From an uncultured delta proteobacterium (lineage in GTDB: Bacteria > Desulfobacterota > Binatia > UBA9968), in assembly GCA_963755715.1 (NCBI GenBank), contig CAVWLW010000073.1, positions 1 through 64,000 on the forward strand: a stretch of DNA of 64,000 bases, written 5' to 3'. Shown here one piece after another: positions 51,480-63,748 of the stretch (the first letter of the stretch is position 1; every line of letters begins with the position of its first letter). The translations under genes and the position numbers were made by a program. The notes under the pieces are model-generated. The model ran no database searches. It worked only from the letters and a program-made list of their open reading frames with translations, and had not been told where the DNA came from.

Positions 51480-53956
51480 TTAGCGCTTGAAAAGTCCCTC
51501 CAAGCCGCGCCGAATCTTATCTTCCGTCGAGCTTTTCTTCTTTTTCGTATCACTGTCGTTCGGCGTCTCGTTTTGCTGCGCCGCGGCATCTTTGCCGCCG
51601 CCGAGAAACGCTTTTGCAGATCGTCGGCTCCCTTGCGCATAAAACCGCGCTGAACCAACTGTCCTAGATAGCGCGTGTCGGGTTTGGGCTTCACATTGGG
51701 CATCCGGCCGCTTAACACAAACGGCACTTCAAGCTGCCCCTGATCATTTAAAAGATATTTAGTCTCACGGGCAGATTGGCTGAGATCAGCGGACAAACGT
51801 TGAGAAAAACTGAGCGTAGAGCGAAAATCGACCTTGCGCGTAAAATCCACCCAACCTTCGCCTTGCACCAGGAAATCCGCGGCCGACATGCGCAGGTTCT
51901 TGACGTTGATGCGGCCGTCAGCCACATCAAAATTCGCTTTTAACTCTTTGAATTCTGTGTCCTTCGCCGTAAACGTTTCCGGATATTTCTGGCGCAGCGA
52001 CGGATTGATGATATTCGTGAGGCCGGGCATGCCGGTGATCCCGGTGAGCGCGCCATCGGCGATATTGAAATTGAGTAATGCGCCTTGCAGCACTTCCGCG
52101 TCCCCCTGGCCGCGCAACGCCGGCTTGATCTCCTCCCAATTTTTACCGCTGCCGGAAAGTTTCATGTTCGCGTTCATTTGCCCACGGATATCTCGTTCCG
52201 CTTTCGGATCGAGCGCTGCATAGAGATCCTTGACGTCGATTCCCTGGACTTTCGAGGCGATGGAAAAGCGCGGCACCGCTTCCTTGAAAGAGTACTCGCC
52301 TTCGACCTGCACTGCGCCGCTGAGCGTGTTGACCCGCAGGCTGCGAATATTGGCGACTTTATCGGCCAAAGAAACGGTCGCGTCGAGGCCTTTGTACGGG
52401 ACGTTATAAAGCGTGCCGTCCGCCGAGTTCAATTTTCCTTGGTAAGTCATGTTGCCGTTCGCCATGGCGAATTGGCCTTCGCTCCTCAGATTGCGAATCA
52501 CATCGGCCTTGCGTTCCTCGCCCAGCGACGCGCTGTAATCGGCGGGCCAAAGTTCCGCTGTCGACATCTTGTACGTAAGAGTCAGCGGCGCAAACTTTTG
52601 GATGGCCGCGGCCAACTGAATGCGCGACTTTCCGAGACTCAAGGTCATATCGCTGATATCCGCTTTTTGGCCGGTGAAATTGATTCTCGTGTCGAGATTC
52701 TCGATCGGCTTGGAAAACTCCGGCGGTTTGGCGCTGGCTTTCTTCAAACTCAACACACCCTGAACCTCCGGCACGGCTCCTTTGTCCATCTTGCCGCGCA
52801 CTTTGGCTTGAAGCTCCAATGTGCCTGCGAGTTGATAGCTCGCGATCGCCGGAACGATTTTATCCCAACCTTCGAGAGAAGCTGGTTTGGAATCAACGGA
52901 GAGATTAAGGAACGCGCCGTTGCCGAATTGAATATCTCCCGCGGTAGCCAAGTCCAGCGTGTGAAGCCTAAGTTGGCCTTTGCGAATAGTAAGCTTGTCG
53001 CCAGCGTAGCGGGCATCGGCGGTGAGCGTTAGCGGCATGCCGGCGGGCTTTTGAAATGTTTTGCCATAACGCACCGCCCCTTCCGTGCCTTCAATCTTGC
53101 CGTTCACCGCCAGATCCTTCAGCGTGCCGTTGAACTTTAAATCCTTAACGCGAAACACGCCGGTCAAATCGATGTCCTTGCCCAGAGCGCTTTTCAACTT
53201 CGGCGCCGCGGCGTTGAGGCGGGTCGCATCGAATGGATCGATGTCGAGCTCGCCGTTCAAAGGCACCTGCGTAAAATCGCCGTCCGGACGGAGCGGGCCG
53301 ACTTTGCTGGTTAATTTTAAATTCTGCTTACCGGCATAGACGGCGGCGGCAAGCTTGACCGAGAAGGCCCGATTAAAATCGAAATCTTCCACCTTCAAAT
53401 CGATTTGCTGCAGGCGCAAGTCGGTACCGTCTTTGCGGTCGAGGTAATGAATATCACCGCCGGAAAGATCGACCAGGGAAACCAACCATGCCGGCTGGCC
53501 CGGTTCTTTGGCTGGGGCTTCTTTTTTCTGTTTTGCCGGAGTCTCTTTCTTTTCCTTGGCGCCTTTCCCGATGGTGGAAAAATTGAATTTGCCATCGGCG
53601 TTACGAACGATCTGAATCACTGGATCGTGAAGAATGACTCTCTTGACCTGGACTTCCTTTCTAAGCAACGGCCAAAACCGGAGATTGACCTGGAGATCTT
53701 TGGCGCGGACAAATTCGCCCGACGAATAGGCCGGATCGTCGCTCATAGTAAAATCCGCAATTCTCGCGCCGAGGCCGCTCCACAGCGTTGCCTGCACCTC
53801 GCCCATCGAGACCTTTCTTCCAAGCGCGTCCTCGGCTTGCGCGATCAAGTAGCCTTTATTGCGCGCGATCAACGAATTGATATTGAGCAATAGCAGGAAC
53901 CCGACGACCACCGTGATCACTACAATGGCGCCGGCGACGATGATCCATTTACGCAT
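51480..53956 (-). CDS. AsmA family protein, frameshift near C-terminus
   Basis: N-terminal anchor, EDALGRKV, DGKFNFSTI, beta-groove repeats; corrected end IRRGLEGLFKR-. Confidence 0.88.
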
Positions 53957-54226
53957 CAACCCTCCTGACAATACAAAATGCGTTCTCTTCGACGCCCACG
54001 GTGGAAAATTGGATACCAAAGCGGAGGTTTGAAATACCGTCGGGGATCGAAAATGACAGTATAATATCTTCCGAGAAAAAGAGTAGCGGGATCGCCGTCG
54101 GCCCGCAACAGTGACGTAGCGCGTTCCGCTCAGCCGCGGGCGCTCGGTCGCAACGGCGTCTCAAAAAATCAACTGATAAAAGCTCGCAAAAAAACTAATC
54201 GAGCCCACTGCCTTGCAGGGCGGATC

Positions 54227-55057
54227 TTAGCCGCCCTCTGCGGATTGTGCCGGCCTAGCCGTGAGAATCGGCCGACGCCTCACCTCGATGAGACCCGGGG
54301 AAGGGCGTCCGATATGAATATGCGGCCCGGTGGCCATGTTGCGTACTGCGCGACGAAAGGCAATAAAAGGTATGCCGCTCCGATGCAGATACGCCATTAG
54401 GCTGCGGCCTTCCTCACTATCCGGCGCTATCGGGACGTCAACAGCGCCGCGATGATCGAGGCTCATGCGCTCATGAGTCGAGGTCTGCCCGAAGGCGCTG
54501 ATCGGCAGCGAGCGACCGAAACGCGCTAGAAAGAATTGGGCAATTTTTTTCGTGTCGGCAAGCGACCAGGGGCCAGCGCCGTTGTAGCACATGTAAGAAG
54601 CCGTCTCGTCGTAACCTCCCAGAGGCAACTCCGCAAGTCGCTCGGATTCTTCTTCAGCCGCTTCCGGCGTCAGTGCCAAAGCGATGTCGTCTTCGCTGAT
54701 CCGCTGCTGTATCTGCGCCATCGCCTGCCGTGTCTCAGCTAATCGCTGCTCGCTCTTGTCTACGTCCAGCCGGGAAATCGCATTTTCCTCGTATAGTTTC
54801 TTTTTCATTTCGTAATCCGCGACTTGGTTTTGCAATTCGCTCTCGTATTGCGGCAAAGAGTCGCGGAGGTTTTGTCGCGAAAGGTTCGTGCACTCAATGA
54901 GCTGCGCTCGCGTCGCTGCCAATTTATTCTGCGACGATGTGACTTGCGCTGAGCGGGTGCTGCGGACGGGCTTTTTTTGTTTGGCGTCTGCGCCTAGGCT
55001 CACGGTCGAATAAAAGACAACGAGTCCGGTTAGAATCCAAAGATGTGCTCAGCTTCA
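54227..55057 (-). CDS. Secreted coiled-coil protein with putative Hedgehog/DD-peptidase-like Zn domain
   Basis: Signal WILTGLVVFYSTVSLGA joined by a frameshift near the start; DHRGAVD and PHIHIG motifs. Confidence 0.6.
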
Positions 55058-55499
55058 TAACCGTCCGGTCGAAGCGATAGGCGCATGCGTTATGTTCTCC
55101 GGGATTCGAGTTTAGTCGACAAAGAGAAGAGAACGATGCCGCGTTATCCTGGAGGTTTGAGCATGAACACAACAAAATATATGCCAAACATTCACTTGTT
55201 TTCTTTTACGATTGTTTATCGTAGTGGATGCGTACGAGACCGATCAGTATATCCTTCACCAGAGCCAGCTTCAGTCGGTTTTTTTCAGACAACGACTGGA
55301 GAGCACAGTAAACGTCATCGATCTGTTGGAGCAGGAAGCAACAGAGGAAACGCTCGGCGTCGGTCAGCGTATTTTCGCGTCCATCGAACTTTCTTAGCAG
55401 AGGTTTAGGAGAGAGTGGATGAAGGACTTGCGCAAGAGTGCTCGCAGCGTTCACGATGACTGAGATTCGGCTAATCTCTCACTCGCCGCTCGGCACGAC

Positions 55500-55670
55500 C
55501 GTGCGACCGCGACTCTTGCACTTTATAATAAGATGATATGCGCGGCGCTTATGAGGGATTCTTTGTCCAAGCCATCGTTGGGATACACGGCGACGCCGAT
55601 GCTCGCGGTTATTACCGGTCCGTCGCGGTCATCGGCGAGTCGGTGCGAAATCCGCCCGGCGACTCGATGA
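55500..55670 (-). pseudogene. GGDEF C-terminal remnant
   Basis: RVAGRISHRLADDRDGPVITASIGVAVYPNDGLDKESLISAA, then stop/frameshift; no N-terminal part. Confidence 0.6.
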
Positions 55671-55788
55671 CTAGATTAGCCAAAAAAAGCGTCAATTTTA
55701 GCCATTGTAGCTAGGCCAAAATGTTAGCAGCTCAAGGGGCGGCAAGTGGGCCTAACATGGCTGTTTAGGCGCGGTGGTTTGAATCGTC

Positions 55789-56163
55789 CTAAAACGGCTG
55801 GAACAGTTCGATCGGATTGCCCGAAGGATCTTCGACTAAGATTTGCTTGCCGCCGTTGCCGGTGACGATTTCGTTACGGAAGCGCGCTCCCGTCTTTTTT
55901 AATTTCTCGACCGTCGCCGCCAAATCCTCGACTTCAATCTGGATGCGATTCCAACCGCCCGGAACGGGACTTTTGCCGTCTGGCATGGTTTGTCCGGCGC
56001 CACCGGCGCCGGGCCGGTTGAGCAATAACTGCAAGTCGCCGCGCGACATGCTCGCGAAGCCCGGCGCTGGATGCATGTCGAGCTTGAAGCCGAGAATATC
56101 GGCATAGAAGGGAATCGCCCGATCGACGTCATCGACAATGTATCGAACATTGACCTTGCCCAT
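55789..56163 (-). CDS. VOC/glyoxalase family protein
   Basis: GGAGGTG SD; VRYIVDDVD, EDPSGNPIELFQP. Confidence 0.9.
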   Translation of the reverse strand: MGKVNVRYIVDDVDRAIPFYADILGFKLDMHPAPGFASMSRGDLQLLLNRPGAGGAGQTMPDGKSPVPGGWNRIQIEVEDLAATVEKLKKTGARFRNEIVTGNGGKQILVEDPSGNPIELFQPF

Positions 56164-56273
56164 GATTGTTTCACCTCCAAAAATAAATTTCCGGCACGAC
56201 AAATGAAGAATCCGGCAACCATTTCGCGTGCCTCGAATTCGAGGAAAGAAGCGCACTGCGACGCTCGGCTTTT

Positions 56274-57653
56274 TTACTGCAACGGCCGTAGCCCTTGCAG
56301 CAACGTCGGCAGCAATTCAGACACGGTCGGGTGGATGTGCATCGCCCGGCTCACGGTCGTATAAGGTGCTTTGGCGTACATGACATCGAGCAGGACGTGA
56401 ACCACTTCATCGCCGGTGACGCCCAGGATCGCCGCGCCGAGGATCGCCTTCGTTTGTGCATCGACGATGACCTTCATGAAGCCCTGAGTCTCACCCTTCT
56501 CGACCGCTCGGCTGACGTTGGCCATGGCACGAGTGGCGACCAGCGCCTGGCGCCCCGAAGCTCGGACTTCCGCTTCGGTCATGCCGGCGCGGCCGAGCGG
56601 CGGATCGATGAAAAGCGCGTAGGTCATGATCCGGTCGGTGACTTTGCGTGGATCGTTGTCGAGAAGATTCGCCGCGACGATCTCATAATCGTTGTACGCC
56701 GTGTGCGTGAACGCGCCTTTGCGGTTGCAGTCGCCGAGCGCCCAGATGCCGGAAACATTCGTGCGCAGTTGATCGTCGACCTTGATATAGCCGGCGCTGT
56801 CGGTTTCCACACCGGCTTTGTCCAAGCCCAAATCCACGGTATTCGGCACTCGCCCGACAGCGAGCAACAAGTGCGAACCTATCACTTGCCGGCTCTCCTC
56901 GGCGCAATCGAGACCGACAACAATCCGCTCGTTTTGCCGGCCCGTGGTGATGCATTCGGCGTTCAAGCGAATCGTGATGCCTTCTGCTTCCAGGATTTTT
57001 TGCACCGCCGCGGAAACATCTTCGTCTTCGCGCGAAATCAGGCGCGACGCTTTTTCGACGATCGTGACCTGAGCGCCGAAACGCCGGTACATCTGCGCGA
57101 ATTCCAGGCCGATATAGCTGCCGCCGACGATGATCAAATGCTCCGGCAAAAAATCCACGTCCATCATGCTCGAATTCGTGAGGTAACGCACCTCATTTAA
57201 GCCGGGCAACGGTGGGATAAACGCGCGACCGCCGACGTTGATGAAAATTTTTTCCGCTTCCAGGACCTCGTCGTTTACGCGCACGATGCGCGGGCCTTCG
57301 AAACGCGCATGGCCGAGATATACGGTGCCGTTTTTAAGACCGCGCATCCAACCCTCCACCCCCTTGTTCGAACGGCCGGAGATTTCATCCTTGCGCGCTT
57401 TGACTCTTTTCATGTCGACGCCGATATTTCCGTCGATCGCCACGCCATACTCGGCGGCGCGCCGCGCCAGATACGCGGCATAGGCGCTCGCCACCAAGGT
57501 CTTGGTCGGGATGCATCCGGTGTTGACGCACGTGCCGCCGAAATGTTTGCGCTCGACGACCGCCACTCTCATGCCCGCCGTCGACAAACGCGCGGCCAGC
57601 GCCGGCCCGGCTTGGCCGGTGCCGATCACAATCGCATCGAACCGTACGGTCAT
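56274..57653 (-). CDS. FAD-dependent pyridine nucleotide-disulfide oxidoreductase (RclA/YkgC-like)
   Basis: IGTGQAG, GGTCVNTGCIPTK, GGSYIGLE, HPTVSE. Confidence 0.9.
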   Translation of the reverse strand: MTVRFDAIVIGTGQAGPALAARLSTAGMRVAVVERKHFGGTCVNTGCIPTKTLVASAYAAYLARRAAEYGVAIDGNIGVDMKRVKARKDEISGRSNKGVEGWMRGLKNGTVYLGHARFEGPRIVRVNDEVLEAEKIFINVGGRAFIPPLPGLNEVRYLTNSSMMDVDFLPEHLIIVGGSYIGLEFAQMYRRFGAQVTIVEKASRLISREDEDVSAAVQKILEAEGITIRLNAECITTGRQNERIVVGLDCAEESRQVIGSHLLLAVGRVPNTVDLGLDKAGVETDSAGYIKVDDQLRTNVSGIWALGDCNRKGAFTHTAYNDYEIVAANLLDNDPRKVTDRIMTYALFIDPPLGRAGMTEAEVRASGRQALVATRAMANVSRAVEKGETQGFMKVIVDAQTKAILGAAILGVTGDEVVHVLLDVMYAKAPYTTVSRAMHIHPTVSELLPTLLQGLRPLQ

Positions 57654-57937
57654 AGTTTCCCCCCATGCGCCCTCGGCCTAGTCTAATACGACCGTTTAGT
57701 CGAAAGTTCGACGCTTTAGACGACCTTTCTCTTTCGTGTGAGATTCCCGATCGTCGTGCGCCAGTTAGTTTTGATTCTAGCTTATCTCGGCGCAAGTTGA
57801 AGAGCCGGGCGCAAAGAAGGCTAAAAGAGATGAAATCTTCCATTCCATGCAGGGTAATCCCTGCACTGAGCAAACTTTCTTCCGTGTCATTGTGAAACAA
57901 ATTGTGGAAAATCAATCAAATAATCTTTTGCCTTGCG

Positions 57938-57952
57938 TGGCATCAATGTTGC
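57938..57952 (+). promoter_or_regulatory. Sigma54-type -24/-12 promoter
   Basis: TGGCATCAATGTTGC, exact GG-N10-GC spacing. Confidence 0.65.
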
Positions 57953-58015
57953 GCTCTCCCTTGGCATTTCGGCCATAAACATCGATTTCTCGATTACCTG
58001 TCCTAAATCTGCAGA

Positions 58016-60706
58016 GTGGAAGGGAGCCTATTCATTGTGAATTTGCCTACGCCGTCATACATCGAGCTATATCGTGCGCGGTTTGGTGAGTTGGATCTGG
58101 ATGAGTCGGATAAGGTTCCTAAACAGAAGCGCGTTATAAACGACGGCGAAATATTTTTAAGAAGCAATGGAACTTCACCTTTAGCTAAGAAAATTCCGAC
58201 GCATCTCAACTCATCCCCCGGTAAAATTCAACGGCCGCATGTCGGCGGTAAATTCTTATTCGTCGGCAACGAAAAATTTTGGGTGCGAGGAGTCACCTAC
58301 GGAGCATTCAGACCGGGTCCAAACGGTCAGGAGTATCATGACCCAACGGTTCTGGAGAGAGACTTTTCTCTGATGGCCGCGAACGGACTCAATGCAGTCC
58401 GTATTCCACATACGATGCCGCCGCGGGAGCTTCTCGACATCGCTCAAAAACATGGCCTTCGTGTCATGGTCGGGTTATCTGCAGAACAGTATGCGGGCTT
58501 TTTGATTGACCGAAAAGGTGCTCCTGACGTTGAAGAATTGGTGCGCGCAAAAGTGCGTTCCTGTGCAGGACATCCTGCGCTTCTTTGTTATGCGCTTGGG
58601 AATGAGATCGCCGCACCTGTCGTTCGGTGGCTGGGCCGCGGACGAGTAGAGAGTTATCTCGAGAGCCTGTACTGGGCGGTGAAAGCAGAAGACCCGAACG
58701 CCCTCGTCACTTACGTAAATTATCCTACAACCGAATACCTTCATCTTCCTTTCTTAGATCTCGTGACTTTCAACGTTTACCTTGAATCGGAGAACCAGCT
58801 TGACGGCTACTTGGCCCGACTCCATAATATTGCCGGAGATCGACCCCTGCTGATGAGCGAGATCGGTCTCGACAGTCTTAGAAATGGCGAGACAACGCAG
58901 GCGCAGGCACTCGAGTGGCAACTCCGCAGTACCTTCGCGCCGGGCTGTGCAGGGGCCTTCATATTTTCGTGGACTGATGAGTGGCACAGGGCGGGTGCCG
59001 AAGTCGAAGACTGGGCATTTGGCATCACCGCTCGTGATCGTCGTCCCAAACCCGCTCTCAAAGCGGTCCGGGAGGCATTCACCAAGGTCCCCTTCGCAAA
59101 GGAACTCCACTGGCCGAAGGTTTCTGTCATCGTATGTACCTTTAACGGCAGCCGCACTCTCTCTGAATGTTTGGAAAGTTTGCTAAGGCTTGAGTATCCT
59201 AACTACGAAGTAATCGTGGTGAACGATGGTTCGACGGATGCTACTGCAAAGATTGCCCATAGCTATGGCTTTCGAGTGATAACAACCGAAAATCGCGGAC
59301 TCTCTTCCGCGCGCAATACGGGACTCAATGCAGCTACGGGAGAAATCGTCGCGTATATTGACGATGATGCCTACCCCGACCCGCACTGGTTAAAATATAT
59401 TGCCAGTGCGTTCATGAATTCGAAACATGTTGGAGTCGGCGGTCCGAACATCGCACCGCCCAATGATGGACCTATTGCCGAGTGCGTCGCCCATTCCCCG
59501 GGAAACCCGGTGCACATTCTGCTGTCCGACACTGAGGCCGAACATATTCCCGGATGCAATATGGCCTTTCGCAAAACCGCTCTGGAAGCCATTGGCGGAT
59601 TCGATCCGCAATTTCGCATTGCCGGAGACGATGTGGACGTTTGCTGGCGCCTGCAGCAAAAAGGGTGGACTCTAGGATACAGCCCAGGAGCAATGGTTTG
59701 GCACCACCGGCGTAATTCGATTCGAGCCTATTGGAAGCAGCAGCGCAATTACGGCAAAGCGGAATCGTTTTTGGAGAAAAAATGGCCGGAGAAGTACAAT
59801 CTCGCGGGCCATGTCACGTGGGCGGGCCGAGTCTACGGGAATGGCCACCAATATAAGGCATGGAGCCAAGGACGGATTTATCATGGCGTGTGGGGCAGCG
59901 CGCCCTTCCAGTCTATTTACCAATCACCGGCCGGGGCCTTAGAATCTTGGTTGTCCATGCCCGAATGGTACTTGGCCGTCGCCGCGCTTCTTCCGATTGT
60001 TGCGCTCGGCTTCCTCTGGTTTCCCTTATTCTATGCTCTGCCGTTCCTGGCGTTAGTGCTTTACGCACCGATTTTCCAAGCCGTGATTAGTTCGTCACGA
60101 GTCGGCTTTTCAGCCGCGCGAAGATCTCCCTTTGACTGGGTTAAACTGCGCAGCGTCACGGCACTGCTGCATTTACTCCAACCTCTGGCGCGCCTAAGCG
60201 GACGCCTGCGTTCCGGACTCACTTTCTGGAGATACAAGGCATCCGGCTTTGTGATGCCCTGGCCGCGGAAATTTGCCGTTTGGACCGAGCATTGGCGCGA
60301 TCCCAATGAAAGATTGAAATCTTTCGAAGCGGATTTGCGCAAGGCGGGGGTTTACGTTCGGCGAGGCGGAGATTACGATCGATGGGACTTGGAAGTGCGT
60401 GCCGGGTTGCTTGGCTTTGCGCGCTTGCTCATGGCGGTGGAGGATCACGGTGCCGGTAACCAATTTGTCCGAGTTCGGCTCTGGCCTAAGTGTTCACTGC
60501 TGGAGCTTCTTCTTCCCTTTTTATCCATTTCCCTTTCCGCTGCGGCAGCGCTTGATAACGCATGGGTGGCTTCCGCTATCCTAGGTCTGTTGAGCGTTTT
60601 TCTAACGATATACAGTCTGCGTGGTTGCGGGAGCGCCATTGCCGCAATCCTTCGCACCTTCCAGCATTCGGATGCCATTCATGACAGACAAAAAGAAATA
60701 CAATAG
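58016..60706 (+). CDS. Fusion of clan GH-A (GH2-like) TIM-barrel, GT2 glycosyltransferase and TM domain; start uncertain
   Basis: RGVTYG, LGNEI, LMSEIG, WTDEW; VSVIVCTFN, VNDGS, YIDDDA, PGCNMAFR, GDDVD. Confidence 0.85.
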   Translation: MEGSLFIVNLPTPSYIELYRARFGELDLDESDKVPKQKRVINDGEIFLRSNGTSPLAKKIPTHLNSSPGKIQRPHVGGKFLFVGNEKFWVRGVTYGAFRPGPNGQEYHDPTVLERDFSLMAANGLNAVRIPHTMPPRELLDIAQKHGLRVMVGLSAEQYAGFLIDRKGAPDVEELVRAKVRSCAGHPALLCYALGNEIAAPVVRWLGRGRVESYLESLYWAVKAEDPNALVTYVNYPTTEYLHLPFLDLVTFNVYLESENQLDGYLARLHNIAGDRPLLMSEIGLDSLRNGETTQAQALEWQLRSTFAPGCAGAFIFSWTDEWHRAGAEVEDWAFGITARDRRPKPALKAVREAFTKVPFAKELHWPKVSVIVCTFNGSRTLSECLESLLRLEYPNYEVIVVNDGSTDATAKIAHSYGFRVITTENRGLSSARNTGLNAATGEIVAYIDDDAYPDPHWLKYIASAFMNSKHVGVGGPNIAPPNDGPIAECVAHSPGNPVHILLSDTEAEHIPGCNMAFRKTALEAIGGFDPQFRIAGDDVDVCWRLQQKGWTLGYSPGAMVWHHRRNSIRAYWKQQRNYGKAESFLEKKWPEKYNLAGHVTWAGRVYGNGHQYKAWSQGRIYHGVWGSAPFQSIYQSPAGALESWLSMPEWYLAVAALLPIVALGFLWFPLFYALPFLALVLYAPIFQAVISSSRVGFSAARRSPFDWVKLRSVTALLHLLQPLARLSGRLRSGLTFWRYKASGFVMPWPRKFAVWTEHWRDPNERLKSFEADLRKAGVYVRRGGDYDRWDLEVRAGLLGFARLLMAVEDHGAGNQFVRVRLWPKCSLLELLLPFLSISLSAAAALDNAWVASAILGLLSVFLTIYSLRGCGSAIAAILRTFQHSDAIHDRQKEIQ

Positions 60707-62502
60707 TTTTGAGCTTTACCGGCGGCTATTACTTGAAGTAAGGCCTTATTACACGCACATAGGGGCGATTCTATTGATCACCTTGTTATCGCCCCCCCTC
60801 GCTCTGCTGATCCCATTGCCTTTGAAAATTGCGGTCGATAGCGTCATTGGCTCCCGTCCAATACCAGCGTTTCTACAGCAAGTAATACCTGAGGCTGTCA
60901 CCGGGTCTCCTAATGGCATGGTGACGTTCGTCGTGGCTCTAATGATGCTCGTTGCCCTTCTCGGCGGACTCCAACGGGTCGCTAGTACGTTGTTGCGCAC
61001 CTATACTGGCGAAAAGTTAACATTAGCATTCCGAAACAAACTGTTTCGCCACGTCCAGCGGCTTTCGGTCTCATATCACGATACGAGAGGAACAACTGAT
61101 TCCACCTATCGCATCCAGTATGATGCTCCTGCGATTCAATGGATAGCCGTCGATGGTTTGATACCTTTTGTCGCTTCAGCATTGACTGTCGCCGGGATGA
61201 TTTACATTATCGCCCTGCTCGACTCGCAGTTAGCGCTGGTTGCGATCGCAGTTACACCAGTTTTATACCTTGGCGCGCGAACGTTTAATTCGCGGCTTCG
61301 CAACCAGTGGGGCGATATTATGCACTTGGAAAGTTCCGCTTTTTCCGTAGTGCAAGAAGCCCTAAGTGCCTTGCGCGTGGTTAAAGCCTTCGGTCAAGAA
61401 GAGCGAGAACAAGAGCGTTTTGTTCGTCACTCTAGCGAGAGCTTTTCTAGCACGAGTTCGGGCTGCATGGTCAGAAGGGGCTTTCGATCTTCTGATTGGA
61501 ACTACTACGGCAGCCGGAACAGCTGCAGTCTTATTTTTGGGTCTGCGACATGTCCAGTCAGGGAGCTTAACACTCGGCGAGTTGATGATGGTCATGTCCT
61601 ACCTGGCACAGCTATTCGGACCCTTGGCGTCACTTAGCGAGATGACGGCACGTGCGCAACGCTCACTTGCCAGTGCGGAGCGCGCATTCGCGCTTTTGGA
61701 TGAAGCCCCTGACGTCGTTGAAAATAAAAATGGAGTGCCGATATCTCATGCGAGCGGAGCGATAACCTTCCAGGACGTTTGCTTTGCCTATAACGGCGAG
61801 AGTCCGGTGTTGAGTGACATCTCGTTCGCAATCAAGCCTGGCACTCGAGTCGGTATCATGGGTATGACCGGCGGAGGAAAGTCAACGCTGGTTAGTTTGT
61901 TGACCCGATTCCACGACCCGACTCAAGGCCAAATCCTGCTCGATGGTGTTAATCTTCGGGATTACAAGCTAGGGGAGCTTCGCAATCAGTTCGGCATCGT
62001 CCTTCAAGAATCCATACTTTTTTCGACCAGCATCGGCGAGAACATTGCCTATGCACGTCCCGGTGCCTCGCAAGATGAAATCGTTGAGGCTGCAAAAGCC
62101 GCTAAAGCGCATGAGTTTATAGCTCGGCTTCCGCACGGCTATGGTACGATGGTGGGTGAGCGTGGAATGCAATTATCCGGCGGACAGCGCCAGCGGATTG
62201 CGCTCGCACGGGCTTTTCTGAAGAATGCTCCCATTCTCATCCTCGATGAGCCGACAAGCTCCATCGATATAAAAACAGAAAGAGAAATTATCGAGGTGAT
62301 GGAGCGTCTTAGCATTGGGCGCACCGTCTTTATCATCGCCCATCGCTTGTCTACCTTGAAACACTGCGATCTACTCCTTGGCATTGAACATGGCCAAGTC
62401 GCCTTTATCCGGTCCGACGTTTCAAAGGCCATAGGAGATCCCTCCGTTTTCGTGGCACCTCACACGTACCCTTTATCTCGAGAAGAGAAATTTGGAGGGT
62501 AA
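60681..62502 (+). CDS. ABC exporter, fused permease and ATPase, frameshift ~61445
   Basis: TM domain, GMTGGGKST, LSGGQRQR, ILILDEPTS. Confidence 0.9.
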
Positions 62503-62529
62503 GCCTCATCTTCGGGTTAAGCCGCTCAC

Positions 62530-63669
62530 ATGGGTATCACGGTCTGTATCGCTCCGGTAAGAACGCTGGAGTACCCCGAGGGCGGTGGTCATCTATGGGA
62601 GTATCTCAATTGGGCACTTGGGCTACGTGCAGTCGGCTGTAAAGTAATCTGGCTCGAAGCTGTAGCCCCTAATTCTCCACCTGCCGAACTACGAGCCAAC
62701 GTTTCCGCCCTGAAACTTCGTTTAGAGCGCTACGGTCTTGTGAATTCCTTGGCTCTCTATTCCTCGACTGACGGTCCTCTGCCTGCAGATTTAACCGCTA
62801 TGGGATGTCTGGACCTGGATGCCGCCGCAGCAAGGCGGATCTCTTGTTAGAGTTTCCCTATGACACTCCGCTGCATGTTGTAAAGCGTTTCCGGAGGTCA
62901 GCCTTGTTAGACATTGACCCGGGTTTATCGCAGACCTGGATCAGCAAAGGACGAATAAGCCTGACTCCGCACGATGTGTACTTTACGACCGGGGAGACCG
63001 TTGGTCAGGCGGGAACACGGATCCCTGATCTGGGATTGAATTGGATTTATACGCCTCCATGCGTGGCTCTCGACTGGTGGCCGCGGCATGAGGCAAAAAC
63101 TAAAGCGCCGTTTACCACCGTGGCTCACTGGTATGCCGGCGGATGGTTAGAGGACGATGCAAACGCACACTTGGACGACAAACGGAGCGGCTTTCTACCC
63201 TTCGTGGAGATGCCAAGTCTCACAGATCATCCGCTGGAGTTGGCTCTCGACTTGAAGCCAGCAGACGAGCAGTGGTGTATGCTTGGAAGACCGCGGCTGG
63301 CGTGTAGTTGACTCTCATAGAGTTGCGGCGACCCCATGGGACTATCAGCGCTACATTCAAGACTCTTTCGGTGAGTTTAGTTGCGCCAAACCCGCTTGTT
63401 TGAAACTCGAAAATGCCTGGGTCAGCAACCGAACACTTTGCTACTTGGCCAGCGGCAAGCCAGCCGTTGTCCAACATACAGGGCCGAGTCGATTTCTGCC
63501 GGATTCCGCCGGATTATTTCGGTTCCGCGACCTAAAGCAAGCGGCGCAGTTCGTTGAGAAAGTAGTGATCGATTACGAGAACCAGTGCAAGCTCGCTCGG
63601 GCTCTGGCGGAGGAGTACTTCGATGCAAGGAATGTCGTTGGAGTTCTCCTCGAACGGGCGTTGTCGTAA
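62530..63669 (+). CDS. Putative GT-B glycosyltransferase-like protein, frameshifts ~62830 and ~63283
   Basis: GGGHLWEYLNWALGLRAVG, DIDPG..Q, FTTVAHW, YQRYIQ.S.GEFS.AK, CYLASGKP. Confidence 0.65.
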
Positions 63670-63748
63670 ATTGAATTATGGATTCGTCTCTGGCGCGTAA
63701 TTGATAGCGCTTCACACCGGCTCGACGGACCAGATCCAGAGGTCGGCA

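Noticed and set aside
55085-55454. Small overlapping ORFs on both strands
   Set aside because: No recognisable motif; cannot choose a frame
56274-57653. Mercuric reductase merA
   Set aside because: No C-terminal Cys-Cys pair, no NmerA domain and no mer genes nearby
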